NCBI GenBank assembly: GCA_943787795.1
Contig: CALSNU010000007.1
Span: forward strand, 1,238-65,237
Length of the DNA: 64,000 bases
DNA from: an uncultured bacterium
GTDB taxonomy: Bacteria; Planctomycetota; UBA1135; GCA-002686595
Reading direction: 5' to 3'
In this document: in pieces, positions 8,633 to 18,491 of the stretch
How positions within the stretch are numbered: position 1 is the stretch's first letter
Layout of the letters: every line of letters begins with the position of its first letter
Notes under the pieces: generated by a model
Database searches by the model: none
Told to the model about the DNA's origin: nothing
Seen by the model: the letters and a program-made list of their open reading frames with translations, nothing else
Program-made: the position numbers and the translations under genes

Positions 8633-9631
8633 ATGGACCACGACCACACGACCAAGGCTGTCAGCCAGCCGGCCCTCAAGGCCCCGACTGGACGGGCTGA
8701 GGCCTCTCTTGGCTGGCTCGCGCCGGCCGCGCCCCTATTCGCAGGGCTCGTGCTGCTCACGTTCTTTGGCGGCTCCCTCCGCCCGGTGGATGCGGTGGGC
8801 GCGCCGGTCGTTGAACTCAGCGCCGGGGTCGGCAGTTCCGACTTTGACCTGGACGGGCTGAGCGACGCCCAAGAGATCCTCCTGGGGACGTTCCCCTACG
8901 TGGCGGACTCCGATGAGGACGGGTTCGGGGACGGCGAGGAGCTGGCACGCCAATCTGACCCGCGCGATCTGTTCTCCACCCCCGACAGCGTCGGGGTCAG
9001 CGCCAACCTCACCGCGCGCGGTGAAGGCAGCGCGCTCCAGCTGGTGATGCTGGTCTATGAGCCGTCCGAGGAACTGGGGGACTCATTCATCCGGCTTGGC
9101 GCACTTCGCGGCGGCCAGGTGACCAACGTCCCCATGGCTCGGTTCGCCTCGCTGATGACGTACTCCGTGATCCCAGCTTCCGGCGGCGGACAGCTCATCT
9201 CCATCGAACTGCCCGTTCACCCGGCGTTTGTGGAGGTCGCCGGTCAGGTCACGTTCTTCCTCGCGGCAGGGAATGCAAGCTCCCAGAGCTACACGGCGTC
9301 GGCCAAGGTCGACATCTCGAGTGTCGAGGGCATCCTCCTGATGCAGCGCTTCAGCGCGGCGCAGGTGCAGTTGCAAGCGTCCCAGGGGGGCGGAAGCGTC
9401 CGCCAACCGATCCCCGGGAGCTCCTCACCGAGCATTCCCGGCAGCTGGGTGCCCGGGTCGATCTGCTTCCAGCGGTCCGCCGTGGTGGGCGGGAACGGCC
9501 CCGTGATGCTCCATCAGGTCATCGAGGCTGATTGCCTTCAGGGCTGGGACACGTTCTGTGTGTCCAACTGCAGCGCGGCGTTGGGCTCGACGTACGAGAC
9601 CATCGATCCCATCGCACTGATCGGCGGCTGA
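8633..9631 (+). CDS. Exported hypothetical protein with Ca-binding DxDxDG (TSP3-like) repeats and a Cys-containing C-terminal domain
   Basis: Hydrophobic N-terminal segment; SDFDLDGLSDAQE, DSDEDGFGDGEE; four Cys in the last ~60 aa. Confidence 0.7.
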   Translation: MDHDHTTKAVSQPALKAPTGRAEASLGWLAPAAPLFAGLVLLTFFGGSLRPVDAVGAPVVELSAGVGSSDFDLDGLSDAQEILLGTFPYVADSDEDGFGDGEELARQSDPRDLFSTPDSVGVSANLTARGEGSALQLVMLVYEPSEELGDSFIRLGALRGGQVTNVPMARFASLMTYSVIPASGGGQLISIELPVHPAFVEVAGQVTFFLAAGNASSQSYTASAKVDISSVEGILLMQRFSAAQVQLQASQGGGSVRQPIPGSSSPSIPGSWVPGSICFQRSAVVGGNGPVMLHQVIEADCLQGWDTFCVSNCSAALGSTYETIDPIALIGG

Positions 9632-9650
9632 CCGAACCCACTGGCCGATA

Positions 9651-9754
9651 GGGTCCCAACAGGCGGGGTCCCAACAGGCAGGGTCCATCCAGGCAGGGTC
9701 CATCCAGGCAGGGGCCATCCAAGCCAAGGGGCCATCCAAGCCAAGGGTCCATCC
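9651..9754. repeat. Intergenic tandem array of 15-17-bp units (GGGTCCCAACAGGCR x2, GGGTCCATCCAGGCA x2, GGGGCCATCCAAGCCAA x2, partial)
   Basis: Read directly. Confidence 0.88.
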
Positions 9755-10072
9755 TGTCGGGCCGTACTCCCGATCAGCTGACCGTAGGGGGGGGGCACCC
9801 TGGCCCCGTCGCTGGGGCCCAGCTTGGAAGCTCTGGATCCTTGGGCCTGCCGGCCGGTTCCCCGTCTCCCCCGTCGGTTGCCTCCGCCCGAGTGTTCTTG
9901 GACGGCACGGCAGGGTCCGAGGTATTTCCCCCTGAGGCTCGTTCGCAGCAGGAAGAGTCCGTGGGGCCATGCTCGAGTCGCCATGCAAGGCGCCTTGATC
10001 TGGGACTTCCTGATGACGGATGTCCCGGATGGCACCAAAGCAGAAAACACCCCCCAATGACCCTATCCAACG

Positions 10073-10101
10073 GGAACCCGAGGCCTCCCTTGAGCGTCTA
10101 A
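10073..10101 (+). promoter_or_regulatory. ECF sigma-type promoter GGAACC-N16-CGTCTAA (probable autoregulation)
   Basis: Matches the general ECF -35 AAC / -10 CGT pattern, 15 nt upstream of ATG 10116. Confidence 0.7.
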
Positions 10102-10115
10102 TTGAACCTGCTGCC

Positions 10116-10748
10116 ATGTCCGGACCCCTCAAGACCGACCCTGATCGTGACCTGATCCTCGAGTGCCAGCGCTCGTTGGGGGAGGGCTTTGGCGGTGCCT
10201 TTCGGCAGGTCTACGAGCAGTACAAGGACCGGGTCTACAACGTCTGCTACCGGGTCACGGGCAACGCGACGGACGCTCTCGACGCCTCCCAGGAGACCTT
10301 TGGCATCGTCCATCGGAAGATCGGTGCGTTCCGCTTCGAGTCCCGCTTCTCGAGCTGGGTCTACAGGATCGCGGTCAACGCCAGCATCGACATCAAGAGG
10401 CGTGCTGCGGCCCGGTCGGTGACCTCGCTTGAGGCCCTGCAGGCCCCGCGGGACGGCGACGGCAGCGCCTTCGACGTCGAGGACGAGCGGACCGAGGCTC
10501 CGACCGAATTCGCCTCCCGACACGAGCTGGAGAAGGACATCCAGCGCGCCATCGACCGGCTGTCTCCCAAGATGCGCACCATCATCGTCCTCAGATACCT
10601 CGAGAGCCTCAGCTACGACGAGATCGCGGAGACGCTGGCGATCTCCCTGGGGACCGTGAAGTCCCGACTCTCTCGCGCTCACGCTGCCCTTGACCGAGAG
10701 CTCACTCCCATCGTCGACCGTCACTTCATTCACGAAGAAGGTCGCTGA
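10116..10748 (+). CDS. ECF RNA polymerase sigma factor (RpoE-like)
   Basis: DALDASQETF, FSSWVYRIAVN, LSYDEIAETLAISLGTVKSRLSRA; start chosen downstream of the ECF promoter. Confidence 0.92.
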   Translation: MSGPLKTDPDRDLILECQRSLGEGFGGAFRQVYEQYKDRVYNVCYRVTGNATDALDASQETFGIVHRKIGAFRFESRFSSWVYRIAVNASIDIKRRAAARSVTSLEALQAPRDGDGSAFDVEDERTEAPTEFASRHELEKDIQRAIDRLSPKMRTIIVLRYLESLSYDEIAETLAISLGTVKSRLSRAHAALDRELTPIVDRHFIHEEGR

Positions 10749-10795
10749 CGAAGGCCAGATCCTGCCGATCTTGCTCCTGCCTCATACCCTCTCCC

Positions 10796-11530
10796 ATGTC
10801 CTCCGCATCCGATCCTCAAGAAGATCGCAACGACCTCACACTGCCTGAGGCGTGGCTAAGCGACATCTTCACTTCATCCGGCGAGACCAGCGTCCCGCCC
10901 TTGGAGGGTGAGGTGCCGAGCGACGAGCAGCTTCGTGCTCTCTCGTCGGCGAAGGGGCACCTCCGCGCGCTCCGCGCCCTGCCGAGCCTGCGGGCTCCGG
11001 ATGAGCTCGAGGGCCGCGTGGTCGCCAGCCTCGAGGCTGGCTTCAGGCAGGACCGAGCGGTCGACTTGGTGGCCGGGCTAGGCGCTGAGGCTGCGCCGGG
11101 CGAGCTGGGTCCCATGGTGGAAGCCAGGGTCGAGGAGAACCTCGAAGGGGTTCAAGCTCCGGCGGTGCTTGGGCGTCTGGTCGAGGAGCGGGTAGCTGCT
11201 CCGGCGGAGGGCATGGTCTGGAGCATGGCGCGCCGCCTCGATCGCAAGCCGGCTCCCGAGGAGCTGGACGCACGGGTGTTGGACGAGAGCTCGAGCGCCG
11301 CGGCCGGCTCCTCCCTGGGGGGGCGTGTCCGCCGTCTTGCGGTCTTCTCCAGCGCCGCTGCCCTCGTACTCGTGGCCGTGCGACTGGTCGCAACGCCGTC
11401 CGATTCAGCTTCCGCTGGACCCAGCCTCAGGGTCATCCGTATCGATTCGCTCGAGTCGGTGAGCGCCTCGGCGCTGGACCGCGCCTTCCTTGGCTCTCTC
11501 ACCGGTGAGTATCCGGGGGGTGCGCGGTGA
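10796..11530 (+). CDS. Putative single-pass anti-sigma factor (RseA position) with internal APxEL repeats
   Basis: Directly after the ECF gene; one TM (LAVFSSAAALVLVAVRLV); repeated APDELEGRV/APGELGPMV/APAVLGRLV/APEELDARV. Confidence 0.6.
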   Translation: MSSASDPQEDRNDLTLPEAWLSDIFTSSGETSVPPLEGEVPSDEQLRALSSAKGHLRALRALPSLRAPDELEGRVVASLEAGFRQDRAVDLVAGLGAEAAPGELGPMVEARVEENLEGVQAPAVLGRLVEERVAAPAEGMVWSMARRLDRKPAPEELDARVLDESSSAAAGSSLGGRVRRLAVFSSAAALVLVAVRLVATPSDSASAGPSLRVIRIDSLESVSASALDRAFLGSLTGEYPGGAR

Positions 11531-12558
11531 CGGGCCGTCGGACTGTCCTGGCGCTCGGACTCGCGACCCTGGGTCTCGTGGCGTGCGGTGTGGATCCCCA
11601 GGGCGCCGGCGGAGCAGACCTCCCGGCGACCTCGGAGTCGTCAAGCGGATCGCTCCCGCCGTTCCTGGACCTGGTTGGGCGGTCGAAGGACACCACAGCG
11701 TTCCGTGGCACGCGACGATTCCGGCTGGTTCAAGGCCAGAGCGTGATGGAGGTGCTCGAGGACGTCGGCGCTGACGGCACCGGCCGATTCGCCATCGAGT
11801 TGCTGGATGCAGTCTCCCTCCTGCCTGACGCCAACCCGATCTCGTTCCCCCTCGTGCACGAGAACGCCGCGCGCTTCCAGTGGCAGATGCGCGACTTCCG
11901 ACTTTGGAGCCTCCAGCAGGCCTGCGCGAACTACTCGATCAACCTGCTGCCCACCTCACCGATCGTCGCGGGGATCAACTGCGAGCGGGTCGAGTTCATC
12001 CGCTTCGCCAGCAGCACCGGATCCCCTGGGCACTTCGAAGCTGACATCGACCCCACGACGGGTTTTGTGCTGGCCTGGCGTGAGTTTGACGGGTTCCAGC
12101 AGCCGATCGTGGAGTCCGTGTTCGAGACGTTCGCCTACGGCGGTGACGTGAGCGACCTCAACCTGCGGGAGCGCTCCTTCGCTGCTCAGACCCTCGACCT
12201 GAACTCGGCGCTCTCCGCCCAGGTCGGCGCCGAGGTCTTCGTGCCGGACGTCTTCCCGTCTGGCTACGAGTTGGTCGGCGGTGAGCTCTTGACCATTCCG
12301 AACCTCCCGTCCCTGAGCACGTCGTCGATCCTCCAGCCTGGATCCTGGGTGCGTCTGATGGCCTCCGATGGCATCCAGACCCTGAGCTTCGCCCACGCGG
12401 TCTCGTCGTCGGTCGCCAGCACCTCGCCCGGTGACCTTCGGGTGGTGTCGCTCGGCGACTGGGAGGTGGGCTTCGGGGAGTTCGCCGGGACCCGCTTCGT
12501 GGTCGCGGGCCGGGTCAAGGTGGACTCGCTCGCCAGCGTCGTGCAGTCCGCCTTCTGA
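11527..12558 (+). CDS. MucB/RseB-like (LolA-fold) lipoprotein
   Basis: Lipobox LVAC; FRGTRRF, IVAGINC, DIDPTTGFVL, VPDVFPSGYEL resemble RseB; third gene of the ECF module. Confidence 0.62.
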   Translation: MTGRRTVLALGLATLGLVACGVDPQGAGGADLPATSESSSGSLPPFLDLVGRSKDTTAFRGTRRFRLVQGQSVMEVLEDVGADGTGRFAIELLDAVSLLPDANPISFPLVHENAARFQWQMRDFRLWSLQQACANYSINLLPTSPIVAGINCERVEFIRFASSTGSPGHFEADIDPTTGFVLAWREFDGFQQPIVESVFETFAYGGDVSDLNLRERSFAAQTLDLNSALSAQVGAEVFVPDVFPSGYELVGGELLTIPNLPSLSTSSILQPGSWVRLMASDGIQTLSFAHAVSSSVASTSPGDLRVVSLGDWEVGFGEFAGTRFVVAGRVKVDSLASVVQSAF

Positions 12559-12729
12559 TCGTCGATCGCGCCGGCCCGCTGCGCGGTTCTCGGATCGGGG
12601 CACGGGCCGACCCCGGGAGGGAATCTCGGTCCTCCGGGATGGTCTCACGACGTCTGCTCAGGGGCGGGGTAGATTTGTGTGCGTCGGGAATGGTCCCGCT
12701 CGCACCAAGCACTCCCGACCCCGCTGACG

Positions 12730-13170
12730 ATGTCCGACGAGCCCTTCAAGGAAACTGATCTCGAGTCCCCCGAGTACCGGGAGCGCCTCATGCGCAAGCT
12801 CAACACCCTGATCGCGGTCCTCGAGGTCGCGAGCGCCAAGGTGAAGCGGTCCCTGGACGGGCCAGACCCGGACATGGAGCGTCTCGTCAAGATTCGCACC
12901 AACCTGTCCAGCACGCTCGAGGTGTGCAAGCGGGCCCGCCGCGCCCTCCAGCGTCGAGAGAGCCTCCCCGAAGGCCTCCCGGAGAACCTGGCCGAGGTGG
13001 TCCGAACCGCCGGCAGGGTCAAGCGCTTCCCCAAGCGTCTCCCCATGGGGTCAATCGCCGAGATGAGCTCGTCCGAGGAGCGCAAGCGCTTCGAGCACAT
13101 GGGCCGCATCACGCCGTCCGACCTCGAAGGGGTCGATCTCGACCAGCTGTCCCTGAAGCTCCAGGGCTGA
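12730..13170 (+). CDS. Hypothetical cytoplasmic coiled-coil protein
   Basis: Strong coding bias, helical and charged; no recognised motif. Confidence 0.65.
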   Translation: MSDEPFKETDLESPEYRERLMRKLNTLIAVLEVASAKVKRSLDGPDPDMERLVKIRTNLSSTLEVCKRARRALQRRESLPEGLPENLAEVVRTAGRVKRFPKRLPMGSIAEMSSSEERKRFEHMGRITPSDLEGVDLDQLSLKLQG

Positions 13171-13283
13171 TTCCTACAGAGATGAGGATCCTCGGTAGGA
13201 TCCTCCCCCGGCGCGGGCCCTCCACCGTGGAGGCTCGCGTCTCTCGATAGGGAGCACGGCCGCCCCGTCGAGCCCACCGTCCG

Positions 13284-14705
13284 ATGCAGTTCAACTCCTG
13301 GATCTTCCCGCTCTTCTTCGCCGTGGTCTACGCGGCGTACCTGGGGTTGGGTCCGAGGCGTTTTCGCGCGCAGAATGGGCTGTTGCTCGGTGCGAGCTAC
13401 CTCTTCTACGGCTACTGGGACGCGCGCTTCCTCGTGCTGCTCGGCCTCTCAACGGTCATCGACTTCCTGATCGGCGGCCGGCTCGAGGCCACCGATGATG
13501 AGCGCGTCCGAAAGCGGCTGGTGACCCTTTCAGTGGTCATCAACCTCGGGATCCTCGGCTTCTTCAAGTACTTCGACTTCTTCATCGACAGTACGGCGGA
13601 GCTGCTCGCCACCCTCGGCTTCTCTGTGCACCTGCCGGTCCTGCGGGTGCTCCTGCCTGTCGGGATCAGCTTCTATACGTTCCAGACGCTGAGCTACACG
13701 ATCGACGTGTACCGGCGCCGGATGCCTGCGACGCGGGACTTCATGGGCTTCGCCCTCTTCGTCAGCTTCTTCCCCCAGCTCGTGGCGGGACCGATCGAGC
13801 GCGCGGCGCGGCTGCTCCCGCAGATCGAGGCGCCGCGCAAGGTCACTGCGAGCAAGGTCCAGGCAGGACTCTGGCTGCTGGTCTGGGGCTACTTCAAGAA
13901 GACGGTCATCGCCGACCAGGCCGCGCTCGTCAGCAACCCGCTCTTCGGCGGTCAGTGGGAGACCCTGCACGGGCTCGAGCCCTTCGTGGCGGTGCTCGGG
14001 TTCACGATCCACATCTACTGCGACTTCTCGGGCTACTCGGACATCGCGCGCGGACTCGCCAAGCTGATGGGCTTCGAGTTCCTGCTCAACTTCAGGCTGC
14101 CCTATCTGGCGACCGGGCCCAGTGACTTCTGGCTGCGCTGGCACGTGAGCCTCTCCACATGGCTGCGCGACTACCTGTACATCCCCCTCGGCGGGAACCG
14201 AGGTGGCCGCCTTGCCACCTACCGGAACATGTTCCTGGTGATGGCGCTCGGGGGGCTTTGGCACGGAGCCGCGTGGCCGTACATCCTCTGGGGGAGCTAT
14301 CACGGGGTGCTCCTGGTAATGGAGCGGATCTGGGCGGACGCCCGCGGGATCGATCCCAGGCGGCCCCTCTCCCTCGCAGGTGAGTGGACGAGGATCGTGC
14401 TCTTCTGGCCCCTCATGCTGATCGGGATGGCGGTCGTCCGCTGCACGTCGCTGGATCAGTTCTGGCACCTGTTGACCCACCAGTCGTTCCTGCTGACCGA
14501 TCGAGCGTCCGCCGGCCTCGTGAACCTCGCGACCTTCACCTGGCCGCTCGTCATCGTCCAGCTCTTCCAGCACGGCACCAGGGACCTGCTCGTGCCGCTC
14601 CGGCTGCCCCTCGTCCCGCGCGCCATGCTCTTCGCAGCCCTCATCCTCGGGATGCTGGTCTTCGGCGTCCGGCAGCCCGTCGAGTTCTTCTACTTCCAGT
14701 TCTGA
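13284..14705 (+). CDS. MBOAT family O-acyltransferase (AlgI/PatA/DltB-like)
   Basis: LPVGISFYTFQTLSYTIDVY, FFPQLVAGPIER, DFSGYSDIA, FWLRWHVSLSTWLRDYLYIPLGG, GLWHGA, C-terminal FFYFQF. Confidence 0.95.
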   Translation: MQFNSWIFPLFFAVVYAAYLGLGPRRFRAQNGLLLGASYLFYGYWDARFLVLLGLSTVIDFLIGGRLEATDDERVRKRLVTLSVVINLGILGFFKYFDFFIDSTAELLATLGFSVHLPVLRVLLPVGISFYTFQTLSYTIDVYRRRMPATRDFMGFALFVSFFPQLVAGPIERAARLLPQIEAPRKVTASKVQAGLWLLVWGYFKKTVIADQAALVSNPLFGGQWETLHGLEPFVAVLGFTIHIYCDFSGYSDIARGLAKLMGFEFLLNFRLPYLATGPSDFWLRWHVSLSTWLRDYLYIPLGGNRGGRLATYRNMFLVMALGGLWHGAAWPYILWGSYHGVLLVMERIWADARGIDPRRPLSLAGEWTRIVLFWPLMLIGMAVVRCTSLDQFWHLLTHQSFLLTDRASAGLVNLATFTWPLVIVQLFQHGTRDLLVPLRLPLVPRAMLFAALILGMLVFGVRQPVEFFYFQF

Positions 14706-15742
14706 TGGCCGGGATCGATCGACTTGCAGGCGAGCGCGAGCACGCCACTGGAGCCAAGGCCGTTGGCCTGCTGCTCGCCCTCGTGGCTGTCCTTGTGCTC
14801 GGCGTCAACGCCGCCGCGATCCGGCTCTCGCCGGTGAGCGAGCGCACCTTTGACGGCCGTACGGTCGCCGCCAAGTGGGAGCTCGCCAGCGCCGGGGCGC
14901 CGGCGGGAGGCATCGTCATCATCGGTGATAGCAGCGGGAACTTCGCCGTGGAGACGACGGTGCTGGAGGAGCGCTTGGGGGTGGAGGCTCGCAACTACTG
15001 CACGTACGGACGCTTCCTGAACCTCGGCGCCGCCTGGTTCCTTGATCGCGCCCTGGAGGGCGCTGAGGCGCCGCCGGCGGTCGTACTGGTGGTCATGGGA
15101 TCTCGGACGTTCGCGTTGGAGGCGGATGGCTTCACCTTCGCCAGCATTCCCGCGGCGTTCGGGGATTGGTCCGCGCGGATTCCCTACGTGGCGCTCCCCG
15201 TGGCGGAGGCGCTCCAGTTCGCCGCGGCACGGCTGTTCCCGCTCTACGCTCAGCACCGGAGCTTCGAGGGTGGCATCAGGAAGGGGCTCTGGCACATCGA
15301 CGGGAGCCGGCTTCCTATCGGCCCAGGTGGGACCTCGGTGCTCCCACGTGCCTACCCCAACGGCGTGGCGCCCTTCGCCGAGAAGGTCCTGGGTGAGCTC
15401 GCCGACATGGGCCAGGGGCCGGTTCCTTCGGCCCGTGACCGCGCGGCCATGCGAGGTCTGGTCCGGGCGGCCGACGAGCGCGGGTTCGATCTGGTCTTCG
15501 TGGATGGTCCGGTCTGGGAGGGGCTCGCGGATCGAGAGGAGCACCGGGCCTTCCTGGCCAGGGTCCACGGGTTCATGGATGAGATCTGCGAGGGGTCCGA
15601 GCGAGCTCAACGGCTCCCGGGGGGCCTCCAGGTCTTCCCGAGCGACGTGATGGAGAATCCGTTCCACCTCACCGGCCCTGCGGCTGCGGTGTACTCGGCC
15701 GAGCTGGCGGCAAGGCTCGGGGAGCTGGGCCTGCCGCGCTGA
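14705..15742 (+). CDS. Periplasmic SGNH-like partner of the MBOAT (DltD/AlgJ-like)
   Basis: ATG overlaps the MBOAT stop; TM anchor; IIGDSSG and C-terminal NPFHLT. Confidence 0.7.
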   Translation: MAGIDRLAGEREHATGAKAVGLLLALVAVLVLGVNAAAIRLSPVSERTFDGRTVAAKWELASAGAPAGGIVIIGDSSGNFAVETTVLEERLGVEARNYCTYGRFLNLGAAWFLDRALEGAEAPPAVVLVVMGSRTFALEADGFTFASIPAAFGDWSARIPYVALPVAEALQFAAARLFPLYAQHRSFEGGIRKGLWHIDGSRLPIGPGGTSVLPRAYPNGVAPFAEKVLGELADMGQGPVPSARDRAAMRGLVRAADERGFDLVFVDGPVWEGLADREEHRAFLARVHGFMDEICEGSERAQRLPGGLQVFPSDVMENPFHLTGPAAAVYSAELAARLGELGLPR

Positions 15743-15882
15743 CGTCCAGGGTCGAGGCAGTCCCCGGGTTGCCGTGATCCCACCGCGGTTTTGACGTCCA
15801 GCCGGGGCCGGTCCCTGCCGATCTCCCTCCCGTGCGAGCGCCCTCTCCGGGGGTGTCCTGCGCGATCACTCCAGCGAGGGCC

Positions 15883-17253
15883 ATGCAGATCAAGATGAAG
15901 GGGACCGGAATCGCCACGAGGGTGGCTGTCGCTGCGATGACCGCGGCCGCTGGCCTCGCCGCGGATGGTGAGCGGCCCGAGGGGGTCGCCGCTGCGGTGG
16001 TGCTCCCTGCTGTCAGCGCCACCTCTCCGTCGGGAGAGGTCCGGGTCACGCTGGTGGAGGGCCGGGCCAACGCGCCCCGCCCCCTGACCGTCCGAGCCCT
16101 TGTTGTTCAGCCCGGAGCGCTCGCCTCCTGGGTCCTGCTCCCCCTCACCGAGGTGCCGCGGCAGCTCTTCGTCCCCGACGACGAGTCCATGGTCTGCGTG
16201 GATGGATCCCTCGGGTCGCTGCGCATCGTTCAGCTCGATCTCGGCGGCGAAGAGCTCCGTAGCCGCTCCCTGGACTCGCTGCTTCCGGGCCACACCAGCC
16301 GCGCCCTCAACGGGGCCCTCAACGGGGCCATCACCCTGGGCTTCGCGGACTCCGGGCCCTGCCTCGCGGTGGACCTTGGGAACCGAGACATCGCGCTCGT
16401 TGGTTTGGGGGCCAACCAGGGAGAGACCCTCGAGGTCTGCTCGGTCGTCGAGAACCACCGCTCATCCCAAGGGGTGGAGGAGTGGCTGCGAAAGAGCCGC
16501 GATCTCCTGCTCGAGGGAGACGAGATCGCCGCGCAGAGCACCCTCGAGGCGGCCAAGGACGCGTTCCCGGCCGAGCCGCGGGTCTACCAGCAGCTCGCCC
16601 GGATGCACCGCACCTCGGGTGATGCGTCGGCTCAGCTGGACTGCCTCGAGGAGGGCCTCCTCAAGAGCCACAGCGTGACGAGCCGGGCGGTCACCCATGA
16701 CTGGCAGGTGGGGACGCCCGAGGCTCGCCTCGTGCTGGACTTCGTCGAGACGACGAGGAAGGTGCGCGGCAACAGGGAGGCGACCAAGGCGCTCGGGCAG
16801 GCGCTGACCCTCTACCCCTGCATGGAACAGGCGGTCCTCCTTCGGGCGGAGCTCCTCATCTCGTCCGGCAAGGACGCCGAGGCCCTCGCCTCGCTCGAGA
16901 GCGCCATTGGAGCCCTGGGAGAGAGTGAGGAGCTCGGTTCGGCCCTGCACGACATCGGCCGATTCCTCGAGCGCCAGGGGCGTCCCCGGGCCGCGCTCGC
17001 GTACATGGAGCGCGCCTACCAGGAGGGCGAGTTCTCCGAGTTCCTCATCCGTGACATCGCGGACCTCCACGTCGAGATCAACCGGCCCGCCGTCGCCGCG
17101 CGCTGGCTCTCCCGGCTCTCGGCCCACTGGGCGTCAGTCGCCAACGGCGCGTCTGGCGCGGACCGGGCTCGGCGCGGCCAACGCCGACTCGCCGACCTCC
17201 AGCGCGAGATCCGGGAGCTCACGGGGACGGCGGCGGAGGTCACTGACCCCTGA
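15883..17253 (+). CDS. Exported TPR-repeat protein
   Basis: Signal-like N-terminus; beta-rich N-domain then TPR-like helices (PRVYQQLARMH, ALHDIGRFLERQGRPRAALAY). Confidence 0.68.
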   Translation: MQIKMKGTGIATRVAVAAMTAAAGLAADGERPEGVAAAVVLPAVSATSPSGEVRVTLVEGRANAPRPLTVRALVVQPGALASWVLLPLTEVPRQLFVPDDESMVCVDGSLGSLRIVQLDLGGEELRSRSLDSLLPGHTSRALNGALNGAITLGFADSGPCLAVDLGNRDIALVGLGANQGETLEVCSVVENHRSSQGVEEWLRKSRDLLLEGDEIAAQSTLEAAKDAFPAEPRVYQQLARMHRTSGDASAQLDCLEEGLLKSHSVTSRAVTHDWQVGTPEARLVLDFVETTRKVRGNREATKALGQALTLYPCMEQAVLLRAELLISSGKDAEALASLESAIGALGESEELGSALHDIGRFLERQGRPRAALAYMERAYQEGEFSEFLIRDIADLHVEINRPAVAARWLSRLSAHWASVANGASGADRARRGQRRLADLQREIRELTGTAAEVTDP

Positions 17254-17266
17254 CCCCTGACCGGGA

Positions 17267-18265
17267 TCAGCTCCCGAGGACGGCCGCCACGGCCGTGTCC
17301 ACCAACTCGTCGCGGCGGACGCCCCGCGCCTCGCCCTCGTAGCTCAGGATCAGCCGGTGCCGCAGCGCGGGCCGGGCGACGGCGCGTACGTCCTCCTCGC
17401 TGATGTTCAAGCGGTCCGCCAACAGAGCCCGAGCCTTGGCCGCGAGGAGGATGGCTTGACCACCTCGAAGGCTCGACCCGTAGCGAAGATGGGACCGGAT
17501 CGCGGCGGGGGCGGTGTCGTGATCGGGGTGCGTCGCGAGGATGATCGAGGCGACCGTCTCCACCACGTTGGACGGCGCGGCGACCTCCCGCACCAGCGCC
17601 TGCAAGCGGAGCCACTCCTCCCGGCTGAAGGAGGGGGGCGAGGTCTCGGTGGAGCTCGAGGTCGTCGCCGAGAGGATCGTGGTCAGGTCCCCGTGATCCG
17701 GGAGCTGGAGCTCGAGCTTGAAGAGGAACCGGTCCAGCTGGGCTTCGGGGAGCGGGTAGGTGCCCTCCATCTCGATGGGGTTCTGGGTCGCGACCATGAA
17801 GAAGGGCGGGTCCAGCGGGTAGGTCTCCCCGTGCAGGGTCACCTGCCGCTCCTGCATGGCCTCCAACAGGGCGCTCTGCGTCCTGGGCGTCGCTCGGTTG
17901 ACCTCATCGGTCAGGAGGACGTTGGTGAAGACAGGGCCCTTCTCGAAGTCAAACGAGCGGGCGCCCGTGTCGTCATCCACCCGCAGGACCCGGGTCCCCA
18001 GGACGTCGGAGGGCATCAGGTCGGGCGTGCACTGCAGCCGCTGGAACCGGAGGTCGACCGCGTCCGAGAGGGTGTGGACGAGGGTCGTCTTGCCCAGCCC
18101 AGGCGCACCCTCAAGGAGCACGTGTCCGCCTGCCATCAGCGCGAGGATGAGGAACTCCACGGTCTCCTCTTGGCCGAAGAACTGGCTGTTCAGTCGGCCT
18201 CTGAGCTCACGTGCAGCCGCCCTGAGGCGTTCGAGCTCCGCGTCAAGTCGTTCTGTTTCGGTCAC
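17267..18265 (-). CDS. moxR: MoxR family AAA+ ATPase
   Basis: GHVLLEGAPGLGKT, QCTPDLMPSD, DEVNRATPRTQSALLEAMQE, ATQNPIEMEGTYPLPEAQLDRF. Confidence 0.94.
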   Translation of the reverse strand: MTETERLDAELERLRAAARELRGRLNSQFFGQEETVEFLILALMAGGHVLLEGAPGLGKTTLVHTLSDAVDLRFQRLQCTPDLMPSDVLGTRVLRVDDDTGARSFDFEKGPVFTNVLLTDEVNRATPRTQSALLEAMQERQVTLHGETYPLDPPFFMVATQNPIEMEGTYPLPEAQLDRFLFKLELQLPDHGDLTTILSATTSSSTETSPPSFSREEWLRLQALVREVAAPSNVVETVASIILATHPDHDTAPAAIRSHLRYGSSLRGGQAILLAAKARALLADRLNISEEDVRAVARPALRHRLILSYEGEARGVRRDELVDTAVAAVLGS

Positions 18266-18491
18266 GGGTGCGGCGGTCGGGGGTCGAGAGTCTTCCCGGT
18301 ACGGGCGGAGCGGGGCGCAGGGGCGAGCCTCCTCCGCGGGTCAGGACAGCACGATAACCCGGCTCGGTGGAACGGTCGCCCCTGGCTCGGGGTCTCCTGC
18401 GCCGTCGTCCTACGGCTCAAGGGAGATGTCCCGTCCGAACCGAGCCTGCGCCACCCTTTCCATCCCCGGCCCGGAATTGCATCTTGATGGG

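Noticed and set aside
9651-9754. Possible CRISPR array (also 18849, 26831, 41206)
   Set aside because: Units are 7-17 bp, directly abutting, with no unique spacers and no cas genes
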